A stretch of 64,000 nt of DNA. Origin: Paenibacillus sp. (GTDB lineage: Bacteria; Bacillota; Bacilli; Paenibacillales; YIM-B00363). Below are positions 1 through 8,457 of this stretch, in pieces. Every line of letters starts with the position of its first letter. Position 1 is the stretch's first letter. The notes beneath the pieces are model-generated. The model saw nothing but the letters and a program-made list of their open reading frames with translations, searched no databases and was not told the DNA's origin. Where the stretch lies: assembly GCA_032117095.1 (NCBI GenBank), contig JAULZZ010000122.1:168-64167 (forward strand). Direction: 5' to 3'. A program made the translations under genes and the position numbers.

Positions 1-37
1 GAAAACATATGCACAGATGGCTACCTTTTGCGGGAAA

Positions 38-114
38 GAAAAAGGAGGTTTAACCGAGGCGGAAAGGAGAGGCCTTTTTGCTGGGGGAATATCGTTTAAA
101 ATCGTGATTCGTAT
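38..114. repeat. Degenerate copy of family-1 palindromic intergenic element (subfamily B)
   Basis: ggtttaaccgaggc...cgtttaaaatcgtgattcgtat matches 26207-26272 and the arm/terminus (cgtttttaatcagtgtttagtat) of full copies. It lies upstream of the real hepT start and inflates ORF 17..1120. Confidence 0.6.
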
Positions 115-148
115 AAGATGCGATCAACATGAGGATGCGGGTGAACGA

Positions 149-1120
149 ATGCAGTTGTTACGGGTGTACCAACGTTTAAGCAAAGACATTGCGCATATCG
201 AACGCCAATTGCGTGCGAGCATGGATACGGAACCGTCCGTACTTTATGATGCTTCTGCACACCTACTGATGGCAGGGGGAAAACGGGTGCGCCCGATTCT
301 CGTGTTGTTGTGTGGGCAGTTTGGTACGTATGATGTGGAGCGACTGGCGCATATTGCTGTGCCTTTAGAGCTCATCCATATGGCGACACTCGTGCACGAT
401 GACGTCATCGATCAAGCAAACACCAGACGCGGGAAACCCACTGTACGGGCACAGTGGGGCTCGCGCATTGCAATGTATACGGGAGACTATATTTTTGGAC
501 GCGCTCTGTCTATCGCAATGAATGTCCAGATGCATACGGTGCATCATACGTTGTCCAAAGCGATGGTACAAATGGTCATCGGAGAAATTGCCCAGTTGCG
601 TTCGTTTTATGTCCTCGAACAAACCGTGCGCGACTATTTATTGCGCATCCGACGCAAAACAGCGTTGCTCATTGCGACATCGTGTCAACTGGGAGCACTT
701 GTTGCAGGGGCATCTGAGGCGGTCGCCCAGCGGCTGTACACATTCGGATACAACATGGGGATGGCGTTTCAAATTCGTGACGATATGCTCGATCTCACTG
801 GGACATCAAAGCAACTCGGCAAGCCCCCAGGCAGTGATATTCGACAAGGTAATGTGACATTGCCAATTTTGTATGCGATACAACAACCCCATATTCGTGA
901 AGCCGTCATGGAGGTGTTTCATCTCCGTGACGCTGTTCCGCATCGTATGCTCGAAAATACATTGGCGATGATTCGACATAGCGAAGGGATGAAACGCGCA
1001 GATGCATTGGCACACCGGTTTATTGCACGTGCGATTGCAGCGTTAGATCCTTTGCCTGCGATTACAGCAAAGGCGGATTTACTCACGATGGCACGGATGA
1101 TGACGGATCGGGCGTATTGA
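149..1120 (+). CDS. hepT: Heptaprenyl diphosphate synthase component II (trans-polyprenyl synthetase)
   Basis: Both polyprenyl synthetase Asp-rich motifs are present (LVHDDVIDQ and FQIRDDMLD). I chose the internal ATG at 149 (MQLLRVYQRL) because residues upstream are encoded by a repeat element. Confidence 0.85.
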   Translation: MQLLRVYQRLSKDIAHIERQLRASMDTEPSVLYDASAHLLMAGGKRVRPILVLLCGQFGTYDVERLAHIAVPLELIHMATLVHDDVIDQANTRRGKPTVRAQWGSRIAMYTGDYIFGRALSIAMNVQMHTVHHTLSKAMVQMVIGEIAQLRSFYVLEQTVRDYLLRIRRKTALLIATSCQLGALVAGASEAVAQRLYTFGYNMGMAFQIRDDMLDLTGTSKQLGKPPGSDIRQGNVTLPILYAIQQPHIREAVMEVFHLRDAVPHRMLENTLAMIRHSEGMKRADALAHRFIARAIAALDPLPAITAKADLLTMARMMTDRAY

Positions 1121-1163
1121 TGGGGGCGAACCAAATATTTTCTGATGCTACCGAATTGATGTG

Positions 1164-1268
1164 ATATTAAACACTGATCAAAAACATCTACGAAAGAGGA
1201 TCTTCTTTTACGAGAAAGCACAGTCATTTTTAACCAATAGGATTCCTGTATTTAAACAGTGTTAGTGT
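1164..1268 (+). repeat. Family-1 MITE-like palindromic element, full length
   Basis: atattaaacactgatcaaaaacatc...tttttaaccaataggattcctgtatttaaacagtgttagtgt aligns end to end with the 21866-21971 copy. Confidence 0.8.
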
Positions 1269-1275
1269 GTGCCTC

Positions 1276-1304
1276 TTGACAACGCATGCATCATGGTATA
1301 TAGT
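1276..1304 (+). promoter_or_regulatory. Consensus sigma-A type promoter (TTGACA-17 nt-TATAGT)
   Basis: TTGACA at 1276-1281, a 17-nt spacer, TATAGT at 1299-1304. It would drive a short transcript ending at the 1347-1397 hairpin. Confidence 0.6.
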
Positions 1305-1499
1305 AGGAAAATAAACATAGCAGTCGCAACATCGGCGAAGAGGAAACACCTCTCGTTTTGCTCATACGAGCAGACGAGGGGTGTTTTTGTCTTTTTTGTG
1401 GATGCATTGCTTGTTTTGCACTCTCTGCATAAAACGACAGGAGGACAAGGAAAAGGGGGTGAAAAAGGCGTGTTCAAGGCAGCGGTCATGTGGTACAAT
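1283..1499 (+). repeat. Copy A of a duplicated ~215 bp module (hairpin-terminated short transcript plus extended -10 promoter)
   Basis: Aligns along its whole length with 2637-2845 (cgcatgca..acatcggcgaagaggaa..ctcgttttgctcatacgagcagacgag..ttgcactct..gcataaaacg..gtgttcaaggca.cggtcatgtggtacaat). Confidence 0.85.
1347..1397 (+). terminator. Intrinsic terminator / 3' hairpin of candidate small RNA
   Basis: CACCTCTCG-TTT-TGCTC-ATAC-GAGCA-GA-CGAGGGGTG followed by TTTTTGTCTTTTTT. Confidence 0.7.
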
Positions 1500-1621
1500 G
1501 AAGGAGCATACGCATCGCCATACGTCATACGACTTGGTATAAAGTGTGAAAAAGCGAACGTTCCGTAAATACGGAACAAAGACGCACCACACAATACCAC
1601 GACGTAGAGGAGAGAAAGCGT

Positions 1622-2617
1622 ATGCGACCACCGATGCAAGGAGGCAATGGACGACGGCATCAGAAAACACGTCGATCCAAAAAACGCCTCGCGGAGAAAC
1701 GCAGGGAAGCCACAGGAGAAGGCATTGTGCCGTCTTCGGAGGAAACGCACATCCCGCATGATGAAATTTTCAAGCAGTTGCTATGCATGTTTTACAAGGA
1801 GTTTATGGAGTTATTTTTACCCGATATTGCGGAACAACTCGATTTTACGCATGCGACGTTTTTGATGCAACAGCAGTTTATGGACAACATAGGGAATAAA
1901 GTGTTGGAGCTCGACTTGTTGCAAGGCGTCGTGCACAAACAAACCCAAAAAGGTGTACGGATACAGTATGAACCTCAATCGTATAAAGATCCGACATTTG
2001 CAAAACGAATGTTCGAATACGGCTATCGGGTGGTCGATCGGTATCGGGACAAAGACGAAATGTTCATTCCCATTGCCCTGTTCACGGGAGACCATGTGGG
2101 AAAAACCCCAGACACGTATACGATGAAAACAATGGGAAAAGATTTGTTCGTGTATCGGTATTGGGTCATCGTACTGCGGGAGTACGATTGGCAAGAAATG
2201 CAACATTCGGACAATCCCGTCGCAGCCGCCATCCTCGTAAAAACGAAGTATACGCCATCGGAAAAACGGGAAGTGCGCAAGGCATATTTGAAGATGATCT
2301 GTCGGTTGTACGAGAAAAACACATCACGGGCTCATTTGGGAATGATCATGGGCGTGGCAGACACTTATTTTGCGCCAACCAAGGAGGAAGACGAAGCATT
2401 GCTGCGAGAACTCGGCATCGAACAAAAGGAGGTGAACAAGATGGAGATCATGCCTGCATGGGAGCGTTGGGGGTATGAAAAAGGCATCGGTCAAGGGCGT
2501 CAAGAAGGAGTCGCTACTACGGTGATGAAGTTTCTCAACAAAGGATTCACGGCGGAGGAAATTGCCGAAACGATCGAATTGCCTGTGGAACAAGTCAAAA
2601 AAATGGCGCAAGGGTAA
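1622..2617 (+). CDS. Rpn-family recombination-promoting nuclease / PD-(D/E)XK 'putative transposase' (YhgA-like)
   Basis: N-terminal HDEIFKQLL motif typical of Rpn/YhgA proteins. Candidate nuclease residues are ELDLL and RIQYEPQ. The C-terminal GIGQGRQEG...FTAEEIAETIELPVEQVKKM tail matches the family. RBS GAGGAGAG lies 7 nt before the ATG, and the extended -10 promoter TGgTACAAT ends at 1499. Confidence 0.7.
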   Translation: MRPPMQGGNGRRHQKTRRSKKRLAEKRREATGEGIVPSSEETHIPHDEIFKQLLCMFYKEFMELFLPDIAEQLDFTHATFLMQQQFMDNIGNKVLELDLLQGVVHKQTQKGVRIQYEPQSYKDPTFAKRMFEYGYRVVDRYRDKDEMFIPIALFTGDHVGKTPDTYTMKTMGKDLFVYRYWVIVLREYDWQEMQHSDNPVAAAILVKTKYTPSEKREVRKAYLKMICRLYEKNTSRAHLGMIMGVADTYFAPTKEEDEALLRELGIEQKEVNKMEIMPAWERWGYEKGIGQGRQEGVATTVMKFLNKGFTAEEIAETIELPVEQVKKMAQG

Positions 2618-2636
2618 GTTAGTGGTTGATCGCACA

Positions 2637-2845
2637 GCGCATGCACCATGGTGTATCGTAAGGAAAAAAATGGTAACATCGGCAAAGAGGAAGCGCCGCT
2701 CGTTTTGCTCATACGAGCAGACGAGCGGTGTTTTTTGTCTTTTTTGTGGGTGCATTTTGCGTTTTGCACTCTGCATAAAACGTCAGGGGGGCAACGGAAA
2801 GGGGGTGAAGAAGGCGTGTTCAAGGCAACGGTCATGTGGTACAAT
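2637..2845 (+). repeat. Copy B of the duplicated ~215 bp module
   Basis: Direct repeat of 1283-1499, located immediately after the Rpn gene stop. It ends with the same TGgTACAAT box (2837-2845). Confidence 0.85.
2694..2745 (+). terminator. Intrinsic terminator hairpin (copy B)
   Basis: CGCCGCTCG...CGAGCGGTG followed by a T-run. Relative to copy A, a T.G pair has become G-C through changes on both strands of the stem. Confidence 0.7.
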
Positions 2846-3215
2846 ACGTTGATTGCACAGCTCCGCTACAAACGTGCAGAAGTCGGCATTGCGTTGATCG
2901 AGCAGGCAGAGTCTTATGCTAATACTAATTCCAAACAAATATATCGACACAATAACGTGCGTGTGATACAAAGAATATGCGATAGCGCTGAGAAAAGAAA
3001 TGCAAAAACGAAGAAAAATGTGAACGCATACAAACGGTTAGAAGTAGTCGCATATGGTGGCGTGGGAAAAGAAGAACAAAGAAATCGTCACATTGACAGG
3101 ATATAACGCCGATGATGTGGAAATGTTGGCAAAGAAATCGGTTACCGGCGGGATACACGATCAAAAGTATTACAGGGAGAGACTGGAATTTTATCGATGT
3201 TTTAGTTTGGAATTA

Positions 3216-3322
3216 GTATAACTAAATACGGATTAAAAACGTCTATGTAGAGCGTTTGCTTTATTATGATAAAAATAATTTTTAACCAATAGGAGCGCTG
3301 TATTCAAATTGTGTTTAGTATT
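3216..3322 (+). repeat. Family-1 MITE-like element, full length
   Basis: gtataactaaatacggattaaaaacgtctatgtagagcg...tttttaaccaataggagcgctgtattcaaattgtgtttagtat. Confidence 0.8.
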
Positions 3323-3404
3323 ACAACGAAAAAACATCATCTTTAAGATGTCCTTTGCTAAATCCAAGAAACTGTACCCCATCCTATACCCCCGCCCACA
3401 TTGC

Positions 3405-3818
3405 TTATTTTCGCGGATAATACGTCATCATCCGCCCATTGAACAACGTCAACTTTGCCCGAAATCGTTTTGCCAGAAATCTGCACAACTCGTTGCCTTT
3501 TGCCTTGTCGCCGTGCGTATGTCCATCGGGCAACACGACTTGGATGTATGCGTCTTGCGTTTCTCCCTCGTGCCCCACGCCAATGACGATCGTCCGGTAC
3601 ATTTCCTGTGTCCCTTTGAGATAAAACCATACATTTTCTCCCTCAGGTTTCATGTGCATCGTATAGGGAAACGCAGCTGCAGCATAGTCCCATTGCAACT
3701 GTGCCCCCGTACGCCCAACTTGCTCGATATAGTGTGAAAGCGCATGTTTGACATCGTCGAGCGTCACCGATTGGACGATCGATTGGTCGGTCAACTGAAT
3801 TTTCGCTACTGCAACCAT
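3405..3818 (-). CDS. Small conserved hypothetical protein (possibly DUF1885-like)
   Basis: Clean ORF with GGAGGG 8 nt upstream of the ATG for MVAVAKIQL. It is co-directional with, and 37 nt downstream of, speA. The family name is from memory only. Confidence 0.55.
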   Translation of the reverse strand: MVAVAKIQLTDQSIVQSVTLDDVKHALSHYIEQVGRTGAQLQWDYAAAAFPYTMHMKPEGENVWFYLKGTQEMYRTIVIGVGHEGETQDAYIQVVLPDGHTHGDKAKGNELCRFLAKRFRAKLTLFNGRMMTYYPRK

Positions 3819-3855
3819 ACAGCATCCCTCCTGCTCCACGCATGACGTGGTTGTT

Positions 3856-5337
3856 TTATTCTTCGATCGCCCGTTGCTCGACGATCACTTTGACCATTTT
3901 GTTTGTCTTGTCTTCTAAGCCTTGAACAGGCAGACCAATAAGGGTTTGTTCTTGGATATACGCAATGTTTTGCTGGGAAATGACTTCGCCAGGCAACAAG
4001 ATGGGGATGCCCGGTGGATAAACCATAATAAATTCAGCGATAATGCGCCCATCGGCTTCTTCGAGTGGGATGGATTCGGTCAGCGCATAAAACGCATCGC
4101 GCGGCGCCAACGCTAACGTGGGGATGTGTGGATTTTTTACGGTGACTGCATGGATAGGGGTACGGCGTTGTGCCTGTGTTTGGGCAATGGCATGGATCGC
4201 ATCGATGAGGCGATGTATCGTGACTGGGGTGTCTGCGGGGGTGATGATGCACAGGATGTTGTACATATCGCTCATTTCGACTTCGATGCCGTGCTGTTTA
4301 CGCAACAACGTTTCCATCTCAAAGCCAGTCATCCCGAGCGCACGTACGTGAATCGTCAGTTTGGTCGGATCCATGTCATACAGCGTTTCGTTGCGGGGCG
4401 AGACGAGGTCTAGGCAAGAAATTTGCGGCACAGCACAGAGGAGACGACGCGCTTCTTGGGCAAGATCGATCGCTTTTTGGGCAAGGGCTCTGCCATGAAG
4501 GGCAAGTTGGCGACGGGCTGCATCCAAGGAGGCGAGGAGCAAATAAGAGGTGGACGTCGTCGTGAGCATGGACAACATCGTCTGCACGCGTTTGGGGTCG
4601 ACTAGCGAACCTTGTACGTTGAGCACGGAGCTTTGCGTCAGAGAACCACCGAGCTTGTGTACACTCGTCGCAGCCATATCTGCACCTGCCTGCATGGCAG
4701 AGCACGGCAACGCCTCGTGAAAGTGAATATGTACGCCGTGTGCTTCATCGACCAACACGGGAATGCGGTACGCATGCGCAAGAGTGACAATTTCGTGAAG
4801 ATTGGCACAAATCCCAAAATAGGTTGGATTGATCACGAACACCGCCTTGGCATCGGGGTGCCGTTCCAATGCTTTTTGGACAGCGCGCGTCGAGATACCA
4901 TGGGCAATGCCGAACGTTTCATCCATGGTCGGGGATAAGAACACGGGACGTGCACCCGAAAAGATGATGGCGGACATGACAGACTTGTGCACGTTGCGGG
5001 GCAGGATGATCTTATCTCCAGGGCGACATACCGCCATGATCATCGCTTGGATCGCACCGCTTGTCCCTTGTACAGAAAAAAAAGCGTGCTCTGCACCAAA
5101 AGCGTCCGCCGCCAGCCTTTGGGCCTCTTGAATGATGCCTGACGGTTGGTGTAAATCGTCCAAGGGAGCGATGTTGATCAGATCGATGGACAACGCCGCA
5201 TCTCCGATAAAATGGCGGAATGCCTCATCCATGCCTGCACCACATTTGTGTCCGGGAATGTGAAACTGCAATGGTTTTTTGGCCGCATGGGCTACGAGGG
5301 CATCAAAAAGCGGGGTATGTGCTTGATTCATTGTCAT
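3856..5337 (-). CDS. speA: Arginine decarboxylase (Orn/Lys/Arg decarboxylase, PLP fold type I)
   Basis: Near-colinear with remembered B. subtilis SpeA (QFHIPGHKCGAGMD, FFSVQGTSGAI, PVLVDEAHGVHIHFH, TSVHKLGGSLTQSS containing the PLP lysine). Confidence 0.88.
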   Translation of the reverse strand: MTMNQAHTPLFDALVAHAAKKPLQFHIPGHKCGAGMDEAFRHFIGDAALSIDLINIAPLDDLHQPSGIIQEAQRLAADAFGAEHAFFSVQGTSGAIQAMIMAVCRPGDKIILPRNVHKSVMSAIIFSGARPVFLSPTMDETFGIAHGISTRAVQKALERHPDAKAVFVINPTYFGICANLHEIVTLAHAYRIPVLVDEAHGVHIHFHEALPCSAMQAGADMAATSVHKLGGSLTQSSVLNVQGSLVDPKRVQTMLSMLTTTSTSYLLLASLDAARRQLALHGRALAQKAIDLAQEARRLLCAVPQISCLDLVSPRNETLYDMDPTKLTIHVRALGMTGFEMETLLRKQHGIEVEMSDMYNILCIITPADTPVTIHRLIDAIHAIAQTQAQRRTPIHAVTVKNPHIPTLALAPRDAFYALTESIPLEEADGRIIAEFIMVYPPGIPILLPGEVISQQNIAYIQEQTLIGLPVQGLEDKTNKMVKVIVEQRAIEE

Positions 5338-5563
5338 TTCAGCCTTTCTTGTGAACAGACATCAATAGCGCCACTGTTTTTATCGTACACGCATTGTATC
5401 ATAAGTGGTTCGTTGTCGTGAACTGTAAACTGATTTTTTCTCTGTGTATTCATATTTTATACTTTTGTTTCCGATAAACTGTGATAAGGCGGACAACGGG
5501 GAGTCGTGCGTCGGTTACCTATTGCGCTATTGGCAAATGGGTGGGTGTATTTCCTTAACGCTG

Positions 5564-5661
5564 ATACGAAACACAGATTTCTATGCAGAGGTGCTCTTTT
5601 TACGAGAAAGCAAAGGGATTTTTAACCAATGGCATGTCTGCATTCAAAAAGTGTTTCGTAT
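5564..5661 (+). repeat. Family-1 MITE-like element
   Basis: atacgaaacacagatttctatgcagaggtgctctttttacgagaaagca...tttttaaccaatgg...attcaaaaagtgtttcgtat. Confidence 0.8.
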
Positions 5662-5850
5662 CGTTTCACACATCAAAAAAATCGCAAAAACCGCCATTTC
5701 GCAGGATTCAAACAAAAATTAAACCTTATAAAACAAGAAAATTTTTCAAAAGTTATTGCCTTTTTGCGCAAAAAGGTGTACGATGAGAGCATCCGAATTC
5801 TCTCTATTTTTTTGTTTGATCAATTTTTCCTATTATAAGGAGGGGTTGTC

Positions 5851-6447
5851 GTGAACAAAAATAATGAGGTAGAATACTGCAACGTGGATTTGCGGTTTGA
5901 TCGGAGGATGATTCATACGTTTATTAAGTCCTTCGTACAAGAGGGATATGCCATGTACTGGTCGGAGAGCGACACGCAGTTTGTCGCGTCGATTCGTTCT
6001 GGGGTGAAGATGATTAAGCTTAAATTTTATCGTATCGGCGATCGCTTTAAGCTCAACGGCAATTACATGTTCAAAGACGAGAAACTCATCGGTTTGATGG
6101 AGAAGATGATCGGCACGACACGGGGGCATGCGATTGTCAAACGCCTGCGGGATCATCATGTGATTATTGAGAACATTATGTTTGGTGAAGTGATTCGCAC
6201 GGTAGAAGTATCGGGCATGGACCACAAAGTCATCGGCAACGGGCATACTGGGGTGACAATCCATGACATTCACCAAGCATACTTTTCCAATCGGATTGAA
6301 CAACGCATTGCTCAACTGCACCAAACGGTGGATGAACAGCTGGTGCGTTTGCGCGACGCATTGCATGCTTGTGATGGGCAGGCGGTCACAGAGGCCAAAG
6401 CACAGCTAGATCGCTGTCGTCATGAGATGGTACAATTAGAGGCATAA
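5851..6447 (+). CDS. Hypothetical protein with C-terminal coiled-coil-like segment
   Basis: GTG start 8 nt after AAGGAGG. The composition looks protein-like and I recognised no family motif. Confidence 0.55.
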   Translation: MNKNNEVEYCNVDLRFDRRMIHTFIKSFVQEGYAMYWSESDTQFVASIRSGVKMIKLKFYRIGDRFKLNGNYMFKDEKLIGLMEKMIGTTRGHAIVKRLRDHHVIIENIMFGEVIRTVEVSGMDHKVIGNGHTGVTIHDIHQAYFSNRIEQRIAQLHQTVDEQLVRLRDALHACDGQAVTEAKAQLDRCRHEMVQLEA

Positions 6448-6484
6448 TCCTACATCAATGAGATTGTGAGCGTGAGAAGCAACG

Positions 6485-7927
6485 ATGCAAAATGAGACAA
6501 CAAAAACAAAGATTGCGATGGTCGGGCTAGCGGTCATGGGGAAAAATTTAGCACTCAATATGGCGAGTCGAGGCATCTCCGTGACCGTGTATAACCGTTC
6601 GGCGATAAAAACCGAGGAGCTCATGGCAGAAGTCCAGCACCAACCACACCTTTTGCCTTTCATTCATCCGGTATATTCGATTGCGCAGTTGGTGCAAGCC
6701 GTAGAGCGACCACGCAAACTGATGTTGATGGTAAAGGCAGGGGAAGCAACCGACGATACGATCGCCATGATTGCCCCCCATTTGGAAGCAGGAGACATCA
6801 TCATTGATGGGGGCAATGCGTATTTCGAACATACGATGCGACGTGTTGCCCTGTTGGCTCCACAAGGCATTCATTTTCTCGGCGTTGGCGTTTCAGGAGG
6901 CGAAGAAGGCGCATTGCGGGGACCTGCCATCATGCCTGGTGGAGACGCACAAGCATACGAGGCAGTCGCCCCAATTTTTACTGCGATTGCCGCACGAGTG
7001 CAGGAACAACCGTGTTGTGCATATATGGGGGTCGGTGGTGCAGGGCATTACGTGAAGATGGTACATAACGGCATTGAGTACGGGGACATGCAACTCATTA
7101 GCGAAGCGTATCACGTCCTAAAAGACATTTTCGGATGTACGCCAGATGCGTTGCATGATATCTTTTCTGCATGGAATGAGGGCGAATTGGATAGTTACCT
7201 CATCGAGATTACCGCCCAGATTTTTGCGGCGAAGGACGTGCATACCGACGAGCGGATCATCGATATGATCTTAGATCGTGCGAGCCAAAAAGGCACCGGC
7301 AAGTGGACGAGTGTCGATGCGCTTGATCAGGGGGTTCCGCTGACGATCATTACTTCTGCGGTGTTTGCACGGTATTTGTCCGCCCAAGTTGCCGAACGCC
7401 ACCATGCGAGTACGGTGCTGCGTGGTCCACAGCCGTCGACCATCCCTTCAGCACAACGGGACACATGGATCGAGCGGGTGCGTCAAGCGTTGTTCGCATC
7501 CAAAATATGCTCCTATGCACAAGGGTTTGCGCAGTTGCGTGCTGCATCTGCGCAGTATGGTTGGCAGTTGCCTTTTGTGGAGATCGCCAAGCTGTTTCGC
7601 GGAGGGTGTATTATCCGTGCCCGTTTTCTCCAAAATATCGCCGATGCGTATATCAGGCAACCAGATTTGCCAAATTTGATACTCGATGAGTATTTCCAAC
7701 ATGCGATCGATCAATACCAGCACAGTTGGCGGGCGGTCGTTTCCCTTGCGGTGGAGCAAGGCATTCCCGTGCCGGCGATGAGTGCTGCATTGGCGTATTA
7801 CGATGCGTATCGAACAAAACGGTTGCCAGCCAACTTGATTCAGGCGCAACGGGACTATTTTGGTGCGCATACGTTTGAGCGAATTGATCGTCCTGGCACG
7901 TTTCACCATCCGTGGAGTGGCGCATGA
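6485..7927 (+). CDS. gndA: 6-phosphogluconate dehydrogenase, decarboxylating
   Basis: NAD(P)-binding IAMVGLAVMGKNLALN, plus GGNAYF, HYVKMVHNGIEYGDMQLI and RDYFGAHTFER. Confidence 0.92.
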   Translation: MQNETTKTKIAMVGLAVMGKNLALNMASRGISVTVYNRSAIKTEELMAEVQHQPHLLPFIHPVYSIAQLVQAVERPRKLMLMVKAGEATDDTIAMIAPHLEAGDIIIDGGNAYFEHTMRRVALLAPQGIHFLGVGVSGGEEGALRGPAIMPGGDAQAYEAVAPIFTAIAARVQEQPCCAYMGVGGAGHYVKMVHNGIEYGDMQLISEAYHVLKDIFGCTPDALHDIFSAWNEGELDSYLIEITAQIFAAKDVHTDERIIDMILDRASQKGTGKWTSVDALDQGVPLTIITSAVFARYLSAQVAERHHASTVLRGPQPSTIPSAQRDTWIERVRQALFASKICSYAQGFAQLRAASAQYGWQLPFVEIAKLFRGGCIIRARFLQNIADAYIRQPDLPNLILDEYFQHAIDQYQHSWRAVVSLAVEQGIPVPAMSAALAYYDAYRTKRLPANLIQAQRDYFGAHTFERIDRPGTFHHPWSGA

Positions 7928-8457
7928 AGCGACGCAATATTGCATTAATTGGTTTTATGGGGACGGGAAAGTCGACGATCGGACGGGCATTGAGCCGACG
8001 GTTACGGATGCCCTTCGTAGATACGGACATCGTCATTGTCGAAAAAAGTGGACGGAGCGTGACGACGTGGTTTGAACGATGCGGGGAAGAGGCGTTTCGG
8101 GAGGAGGAAACCCACGTATTACGAAGCGTGTTGTCGCAAGATGGACGTATCATTGCGACTGGTGGCGGGATCACACTGCGGGAAGAAAACCGTCTTTTGC
8201 TCCAACAAGGGTGTTTTGTCGTATCGCTTACGGCGAAGGAGCAAGACATTGTCCAACGGGTGCTTGCCGATCGCACACGTCCGTTGGTCGCCACGGACAA
8301 CCCCCAAGACCGCATCCGTGCATTGCTCGTTGCGCGGGCGCACGCATATGCGTTTGCAGAGATGACGATCGAGACGTCCACACTTTCGATCGAAGAAGTC
8401 GTCGATCGCATTTGCCAGCAATACAAACTTTTTCAGCGTGAGGAGTTATCATCGTAA
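7924..8457 (+). CDS. aroK: Shikimate kinase
   Basis: Walker A GFMGTGKST. The ATG overlaps the gndA stop (ATGA). Confidence 0.88.
   Translation: MKRRNIALIGFMGTGKSTIGRALSRRLRMPFVDTDIVIVEKSGRSVTTWFERCGEEAFREEETHVLRSVLSQDGRIIATGGGITLREENRLLLQQGCFVVSLTAKEQDIVQRVLADRTRPLVATDNPQDRIRALLVARAHAYAFAEMTIETSTLSIEEVVDRICQQYKLFQREELSS

Noticed and set aside
17-148. N-terminal extensions in the ORF track: 17-148 (hepT), 27528-27821 (accA), 41697-41963 (fumarase), 51560-51775 (bioB), 50934-51017 (bioD), 22603-22794, 57042-57299 and 61054-61212 (lipM).
   Set aside because: Internal starts with proper Shine-Dalgarno spacing give N-termini that match the families. The upstream parts overlap repeat elements, a neighbouring gene or A/T-rich spacer.
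1262-2776. Minus-strand ORFs 1262-1759 and 2324-2776 share the peptide KTPLVCSYEQNER.FLFADV, which suggested a duplicated small protein.
   Set aside because: The shared peptide is the reverse translation of the duplicated terminator hairpin module. There is no RBS, and the similarity extends equally into clearly non-coding flanks.
7653-8426. 257-aa minus-strand ORF antisense to gndA/aroK. The same applies to 8949-9848 (antisense to aroA), 39588-40232 (mdh), 42536-43264 (fumarase), 29329-29958 (pyk), 32338-32976 (ppk), 44990-45562 (response regulator), 49863-50519 (IMPase), 54410-55042 (bioH/bioC) and 5833-6366.
   Set aside because: Each lies entirely within a confidently identified gene on the other strand. 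None has an RBS or a recognisable motif, and the compositions (Arg/Ser/Cys/His-rich) are typical of antisense frames of moderately GC-rich genes.
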